DNA of 41,615 bases. Source: a virus (taxonomy: Duplodnaviria; Caudoviricetes). The translations under genes were made by a program, and so were the position numbers. Positions 36,943-41,615 of the stretch are shown here, in pieces. The notes beneath the pieces were generated by a model, which worked only from the letters and a program-made list of their open reading frames with translations, was not told where the DNA came from and made no database searches. Every line of letters begins with the position of its first letter. The stretch's first letter is position 1. The DNA lies in IMG/VR virus record IMGVR_UViG_3300025018_000257, positions 1-41,615 of that record; one strand, 5' to 3'.

Positions 36943-37314
36943 TCAATCCGACTTTTGGTGGTCCGGGCGAGTCGGTGGCGGTGCGAGTTCACCGGCACGG
37001 CGGTCCATCATCTGATCTGCTCGGCGCCGGCGCGGTCCTTTGTGTTGGCGATCTTTCGCCATCATGTCGGCGTGGTTTTCATAGGTGGTTCCCCAGCGGA
37101 GATGGGAAGGATTGACGCAGCGCGGGTTGTCGCAAAGATGCAAGGCGATGTGGGCCTCGCTCGGTCGTCGCTGGCCGGCGATGGCGAGCACCGGACGGGT
37201 GCCGCGTAGTCGGCCATAGCCGCGACTGTCACGCGGCCCGCTCCACGGCCAGCACTCGTCGTCGGTGCGCCGGTCAACCTTGGCCCAGTAGCGTTCGAGC
37301 ATTTCGATCAGCAT
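36943..37314 (-). CDS. HNH endonuclease
   Basis: YWAKVD...ECWPW.G...GYG...LHLCDNPRCVNPSHLRWGT..EN..DM; AGGAGG RBS. Confidence 0.88.
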   Translation of the reverse strand: MLIEMLERYWAKVDRRTDDECWPWSGPRDSRGYGRLRGTRPVLAIAGQRRPSEAHIALHLCDNPRCVNPSHLRWGTTYENHADMMAKDRQHKGPRRRRADQMMDRRAGELAPPPTRPDHQKSD

Positions 37315-37323
37315 GACAGCCTC

Positions 37324-37527
37324 CTAATCGTTGGCGCGGTAGCGGGTGGTGCTGGCGGTGCCGACGACTTCGTGCGCCTCGGCGGCGATGAGATCGAGCA
37401 GACCCTGCAGCTGCTCGCTGCCTAACGTCATGTCGGGCACCTGCCCGGAGATCAGGTTGGAAAGCCCGTCAAGGGCGGAGAGGAAGCGCGTGGCGCGCGC
37501 TTCGCGGTCGATCGGTGTGTGCTGCAA
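37324..37527 (-). CDS. Small protein downstream of the C4 RNA (icd/antirepressor position)
   Basis: AGGAGG RBS, TTG start, 67 aa helical. Confidence 0.65.
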   Translation of the reverse strand: MQHTPIDREARATRFLSALDGLSNLISGQVPDMTLGSEQLQGLLDLIAAEAHEVVGTASTTRYRAND

Positions 37528-37573
37528 TGTCGCCTCCTATACAGTTCGAGCCGACCGCCAGACGCCAAGCTGG

Positions 37574-37645
37574 TGGCCGGACATGCCCGGTTGGCGTACC
37601 GTCTGTAGGAACGGCGCCCCGAAGGGCCCGGAACATGCCCGACCA
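37574..37645 (-). ncRNA. C4-like antisense RNA
   Basis: Outer stem TGGTCGGGCATGTTC/GGGCATGTCCGGCCA, a UUCG hairpin, exposed CCTACA and ACGCCAA complementary to upstream (37685-37708) and downstream (37536-37568) targets. Confidence 0.75.
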
Positions 37646-37678
37646 AAGGAAACCGCGCCGAAGCGGGGCTTGGCGCGG
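37645..37678 (-). terminator. Attenuator hairpin between the a1/b1 targets and C4
   Basis: CCGCGCC-AAGC...GCTT-C-GGCGCGG followed by TTTCCTTT on the minus strand. Confidence 0.55.
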
Positions 37679-37763
37679 GCTGCGCCTACAAGTAACACGG
37701 AACGCCAATTCCGACGCGGGACTGACCGCGTGAGACCTTCCATACCGAGGCGCTGCCAGAAAA

Positions 37764-39065
37764 TCAAGATCGGTCCTGCTGCAGCTGCACCACGTTGCCG
37801 GCCGGGCGGCCCTGGGCCTCGGCGCGGGCAGCGATCGCGCGGGCGGCCATGCCCTCGGTACGGGGCATGTAGGTTTCGAGAATCGTCTTGATGGTGTTGA
37901 GCTTGTGGCCGGTGATCGCGCCGATCGCGGCGTCGTCCAGCCCGAGCTCGCCGAGGAACACGACGCAGGAGCGGCGCAAGTCGCCGTACCAGAGCGCCTC
38001 GAGCTCGGCCGCGAGCGCCGCGTCGCCGGCCGTGCGCGCCTGGTCAGCTGCATGCTGCCGCACCTTGCCGAACACCTCGATGAAATTGTCCTGCTGCCAG
38101 GGCTGGCCGTCGCTGTCGCGGCCGATGATGGTCGTGCGCGGCGCCTTCTGCGCTATCGCTCCGCTGCTTGAGCGCATGGTCGTCGCTTTCGCTTCGGCGA
38201 TCGCGGCCTCGATGCGGCGGCGATCCTCGCCTTCGACCGGGATCCCGACCCAACGCTTGGTCTTGCCCTGGCGCACGTAGATCCCCATCACCTGCCCGGC
38301 ATGCGGGCCGTCGCTGCTGGCGAGCTGATCGTAGAGCGCGGGGTCGGCGCGGAACTTGGCGCGCGGGATCGGGCGCCAGGCGGTGAGCGGCAGGGCGAGG
38401 ATATCGGCCTCGCGCTGGCCGATGTAGAGCCCGAGCGCGACCGCGAGCGCGATCGAGGGGCGCTGCAGCGCGGCCGCGGCGGCGTCGATCGCGGCGCGGT
38501 GGTGATCCTCCCAATAGACCTGCCGGGCGGGCGGCTTGCCGAGCCCGAATTCGACGAAGGGATTGGCCGGTGCGAGATCTTCGTCGACGAGGAATTTCCA
38601 CACCGCGCGGCCGCGCTCGAGGACGTGGAAAGCGGGGTGATGGCCGATGCCGCCCTGGTCCTCGGGCTTCATCATCGCATCGCGCAGCGCCTTGACGCGG
38701 GCCCTGGTGACCCAGCTGATCGGCATGTCGCCGGCCCATGTCTCGAGCCGCTTGAGCGGGGTTTCAGCGGTGCGCCTGGTGCTGGCTGCATGGTGCGCCA
38801 GTACCTCGGCGCGGTACCGCTTGATGCCGGCGGCGACGGTGTTGCGCTTGACGTAGGCGGCGACCGCTCGCGGCCGCGCGCCGCCGGTGCGCCATTCCTC
38901 GATCTCGGCGTTGCGCTTCTCGGCCGCGGTGACCGCGGCGGCGAGATCGCTGCCGAGGCTGATGCCCTGCCACTTCGCCCGCCGCTCGGCCGGCGAGGGT
39001 TCCCAATAGTAGCGGATCCCGCCGGGGTACGGCTTGGCGCGCAGCCCCTTGACCTTCAATTTCAC
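37764..39065 (-). CDS. int: Tyrosine integrase
   Basis: Arm-binding N-terminus (IRYYW), GQREADIL, RQGKT, GDLRRS, ITGH, catalytic Tyr (ETYMP); GTG start with GGAGG RBS. Confidence 0.92.
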   Translation of the reverse strand: MKLKVKGLRAKPYPGGIRYYWEPSPAERRAKWQGISLGSDLAAAVTAAEKRNAEIEEWRTGGARPRAVAAYVKRNTVAAGIKRYRAEVLAHHAASTRRTAETPLKRLETWAGDMPISWVTRARVKALRDAMMKPEDQGGIGHHPAFHVLERGRAVWKFLVDEDLAPANPFVEFGLGKPPARQVYWEDHHRAAIDAAAAALQRPSIALAVALGLYIGQREADILALPLTAWRPIPRAKFRADPALYDQLASSDGPHAGQVMGIYVRQGKTKRWVGIPVEGEDRRRIEAAIAEAKATTMRSSSGAIAQKAPRTTIIGRDSDGQPWQQDNFIEVFGKVRQHAADQARTAGDAALAAELEALWYGDLRRSCVVFLGELGLDDAAIGAITGHKLNTIKTILETYMPRTEGMAARAIAARAEAQGRPAGNVVQLQQDRS

Positions 39066-39349
39066 TGGCCGCCTCCCGTTGCGAGATCTTGCGGATCCTC
39101 GATCCGGCCATCCTCGACCGCGCGAATCGCGGCGATCACGGTGGCGCATTGCTGACGATGCTCGATCAGCAGCTGGCGGGTGTCGGCGAGGATCCCCGGC
39201 GAGACGGTGCGCTTGCCGGCCATCAGCGCGTAGATCGTGCGCGGGGCGATATCGAGCAGCTGGGCGAGCTTCTCGGCGCCGATCATGTCGCCGGCGGCGC
39301 GCATCGCCGCGGCTCGGGCGGTGGGGGGTGGTGTTCGTTCGTGTGCCAA
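39062..39349 (-). CDS. HTH protein coupled to the integrase
   Basis: IGAEKLAQLLDIAPRTIYALMAG; GTGA overlap with int; start uncertain; TTGACA upstream at 39427-39422. Confidence 0.7.
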   Translation of the reverse strand: MAHERTPPPTARAAAMRAAGDMIGAEKLAQLLDIAPRTIYALMAGKRTVSPGILADTRQLLIEHRQQCATVIAAIRAVEDGRIEDPQDLATGGGQ

Positions 39350-39667
39350 GGAATAAGCCCTTTCGGCTGTGGCTCCGGCCGGATTGCCAGAGCGGCATAG
39401 ATGTGGGTTGCGACCCTGTGGTGTCAAGCGGGGCGGGCAGCTGCCCGCCCGCGCGGGCGGCGTCAGACCTTGAGCAGTACGTCGGTATCGGTTTGACAGT
39501 AGCCGTCGCCGGCCGGGGTGATGGCAGTAACGCCGGTGATCTTGATCGCCGCGCCGTCGGCGTCGGTGCCTTCGATGGTCAGCGCGTTGCCGCTGCTTGA
39601 GGGCAATTGACCATGGCGCGGCACGGTTGCCAGCGCGGGAGATAAGTCGCGCCGCGGCGCGGGGTTG

Positions 39668-39937
39668 TCAAGCGGTGGAGCCATCCAGCCTGCGGCGGGC
39701 GTTGTCGCGCCACGAGCGCAGCAGAGGCGCACCCTGGTGCCAGGTGCAGCTGCCGGTGATCCCGGCGAGGCGCAATCGGTGCGGGTCGCCAGCGCGGAAC
39801 GTGGCGCCCATTCCGACAAGGGCGTTGAGCGCGGCAGCGGCGGCTTTGTCGTTGCGCAGCGCGTGGCAGTCGGCGGCCTCAAGCAGGGCGATTGCCGCTT
39901 CGGCCTTCGCGCGGGCGTGGGGGGAAAGCGGTTTCAC
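39668..39937 (-). CDS. Hypothetical protein
   Basis: GTGA coupling; coding-like. Confidence 0.55.
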   Translation of the reverse strand: MKPLSPHARAKAEAAIALLEAADCHALRNDKAAAAALNALVGMGATFRAGDPHRLRLAGITGSCTWHQGAPLLRSWRDNARRRLDGSTA

Positions 39938-40233
39938 TGCACAGGCCTTTCAGCCTGTTCCCTGAACCATGCTGCCCAGCTCTTGCGGCCATAGAGCTTG
40001 CGCTTGACCGGCAATGGCCGCCGGGTCCAGCCAGCGCGCGTGGGTCTGGAAATCGAACTGGACCCCGGCTCGGTGGCCGGGGTGACGGGCGCGCAGGGAT
40101 TGTCGCGCGCGAGGGTGACGCGGGGATCCTCGCCGTCCATCGGGTCGAAGCCGGTATGGGGCGTGAAGCTGCCGTGGCGCGGCTTCCATTCGGGGCCGTT
40201 CGGGCCGTCGACGATTGCGGGTTCTTCGCTCAC
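39934..40233 (-). CDS. Hypothetical protein
   Basis: Coupled at both ends; AGGAG RBS. Confidence 0.5.
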   Translation of the reverse strand: MSEEPAIVDGPNGPEWKPRHGSFTPHTGFDPMDGEDPRVTLARDNPCAPVTPATEPGSSSISRPTRAGWTRRPLPVKRKLYGRKSWAAWFREQAERPVQ

Positions 40234-40832
40234 AGTGCCATCTCCTGTTGGCCGCCCACGGCGGCGGGGGTTAGTCCGGCGTGGTGCAGCAGGTCACGGA
40301 CGATCCGTTCCCAGTTGGCATCGCCGCGATCGAGCGCGAAGGCGAGCTGCAGCTGCAGCCATTCGCCGCGCGCGATGGTGCTGGGCTCGCCGCCGTAGAA
40401 GGCGGGGCGGGCGCCGTTGCTGGCGGTCCAGTCGAAGCCGTCCTCGTAGATCCGCCGCAGCGCGGTGAGGGCATTGGTGCGGGCGTCGGCGTCGGCCTGG
40501 TGCAGGCGGCCATCGGCGACCATGCGCGGATAGCTGCGCGCGCGCAGTTCCAGCTCGCGCACCAGCGCCTGCCGTCGCACCGCCCAGGCGACGTTGTGCT
40601 GGCGGGCGCGCGGGGTTCCCTGCCGCACATGGTGGATGCGCTCGCAATCCTCCAGCCAGGCGCGGGCGATCGCGGTCCCGCGGTCGGCATCCTCGGGCGT
40701 CATCCGGCCCGCGCCGATGCGCTGGGGGTAGAGGCGCAGGCGCTCGGCCAGCTCGCGCTCGACCTCGCGGCGCACGGCGGCCAGCGGCAGATCGGGCTGC
40801 GAGGCGTGGGCGAAGGGGATATCGCCGGTCAT
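40230..40832 (-). CDS. Protein with two tandem REL..R...YP....GR repeats
   Basis: ERELAERLRLYPQRIGAGRM...DAD and VRELELRARSYPRMVADGRL...DAD. Confidence 0.75.
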   Translation of the reverse strand: MTGDIPFAHASQPDLPLAAVRREVERELAERLRLYPQRIGAGRMTPEDADRGTAIARAWLEDCERIHHVRQGTPRARQHNVAWAVRRQALVRELELRARSYPRMVADGRLHQADADARTNALTALRRIYEDGFDWTASNGARPAFYGGEPSTIARGEWLQLQLAFALDRGDANWERIVRDLLHHAGLTPAAVGGQQEMAL

Positions 40833-41209
40833 GCGCAGACCTGTTCGAATTCGGCGTACTGCGGCGCGAGATCGAGCAGCAGTTCGGCATGGCACCACGG
40901 GCTCGACACCGGGCACCAGCAGGCGAGGTCCACCCCGGCGAGGCGGTGCAAATTGGTCAGCACCCGCGCGCGCAGGCGCTGCAGGGTGTCGACCTCTGAC
41001 GGGCAGAAGCCCATACGTTCGAGCGACAGGGCTGCCAGCTCGCCCTTGAGCCAGCGGCGATGGAGGATCACCGACTTGGCGTGACCCCAGCGGCGGGCCA
41101 TGAAGGGGTTGCCCCACATGGTGGGCCGCCCGACATACACCGCGCCCGCGGGCATCAGGCTGCCCTTGCGGCGGGACCGCTGCACGCGCTGGCCTCTCGG
41201 GTGTTGCAT
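40829..41209 (-). CDS. DUF4326-family protein
   Basis: AVYVGRPTMWGNPF, LAGVDLACWCP, CHAELL. Confidence 0.85.
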   Translation of the reverse strand: MQHPRGQRVQRSRRKGSLMPAGAVYVGRPTMWGNPFMARRWGHAKSVILHRRWLKGELAALSLERMGFCPSEVDTLQRLRARVLTNLHRLAGVDLACWCPVSSPWCHAELLLDLAPQYAEFEQVCA

Positions 41210-41236
41210 TGCGTTTCTCCTGCAGAACGATGGGTT

Positions 41237-41262
41237 GATCGGGGGCGCGAGCGCCCCCGATC
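41237..41262. other. Perfect 12-bp inverted repeat after the Gly-X gene
   Basis: GATCGGGGGCGC-GA-GCGCCCCCGATC; no U-tract on the transcribed strand. Confidence 0.7.
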
Positions 41263-41270
41263 CAAGACGG

Positions 41271-41615
<345 letters not shown>

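Larger units (their letters stand above)
36735..36952. repeat. Integrase arm-type repeats flanking attP
   Basis: AAATCCGACG (36735), inverted TCGGATTT (36767), palindrome AAATCCGACGTCGGATTT (36921-36938), AATCCGAC (36945). Confidence 0.65.

Noticed and set aside
39463-40189. Possible extra or frameshifted ORFs (39463-~39620; 39950-40189)
   Set aside because: Short patches look coding, but no convincing start or RBS could be assigned.

Overview
The window is an apparently complete ~41.5 kb high-GC temperate podovirus-type phage genome in circular/excised form. Bases 1-143 repeat at 41473-41615 with one mismatch, and an intact attP carries the 3' half of an initiator tRNA-Met. The host is probably an alphaproteobacterium (inference). 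Layout: leftward early operon (Xis/AlpA-like, DUF6948-like plus a Gly-X repeat protein spanning the ends, DUF4326, HTH, tyrosine integrase, C4 antisense RNA cassette with HNH nuclease); lambda-like cI/cro switch with five operators; rightward early genes; primase and helicase; a counter-oriented cassette of small genes; an iteron-rich probable origin; terS/terL, portal, scaffold, capsid, tail tubular A/B, ejection proteins, GTA-type head spike, tailspike; lysis cassette (two membrane proteins, M23 endolysin, Rz with embedded Rz1). Best candidate for an undescribed system: a 1362-aa virion polyvalent protein (lysozyme-like, ParB-like and permuted zeta-toxin-like domains) hides two small +1-frame genes. 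Each starts at the end of an effector module with its own RBS-like element and a codon-bias switch, as expected for built-in immunity genes. Other notable signals: a third nested gene (Acb2/Tad1-like), a five-copy GGTTTGGATGAA-N16-TA late-promoter motif, a parS-like palindrome beside attP, and a possible +1 frameshift into the Gly-X repeat. All family assignments come from motif recognition by eye, not database searches.
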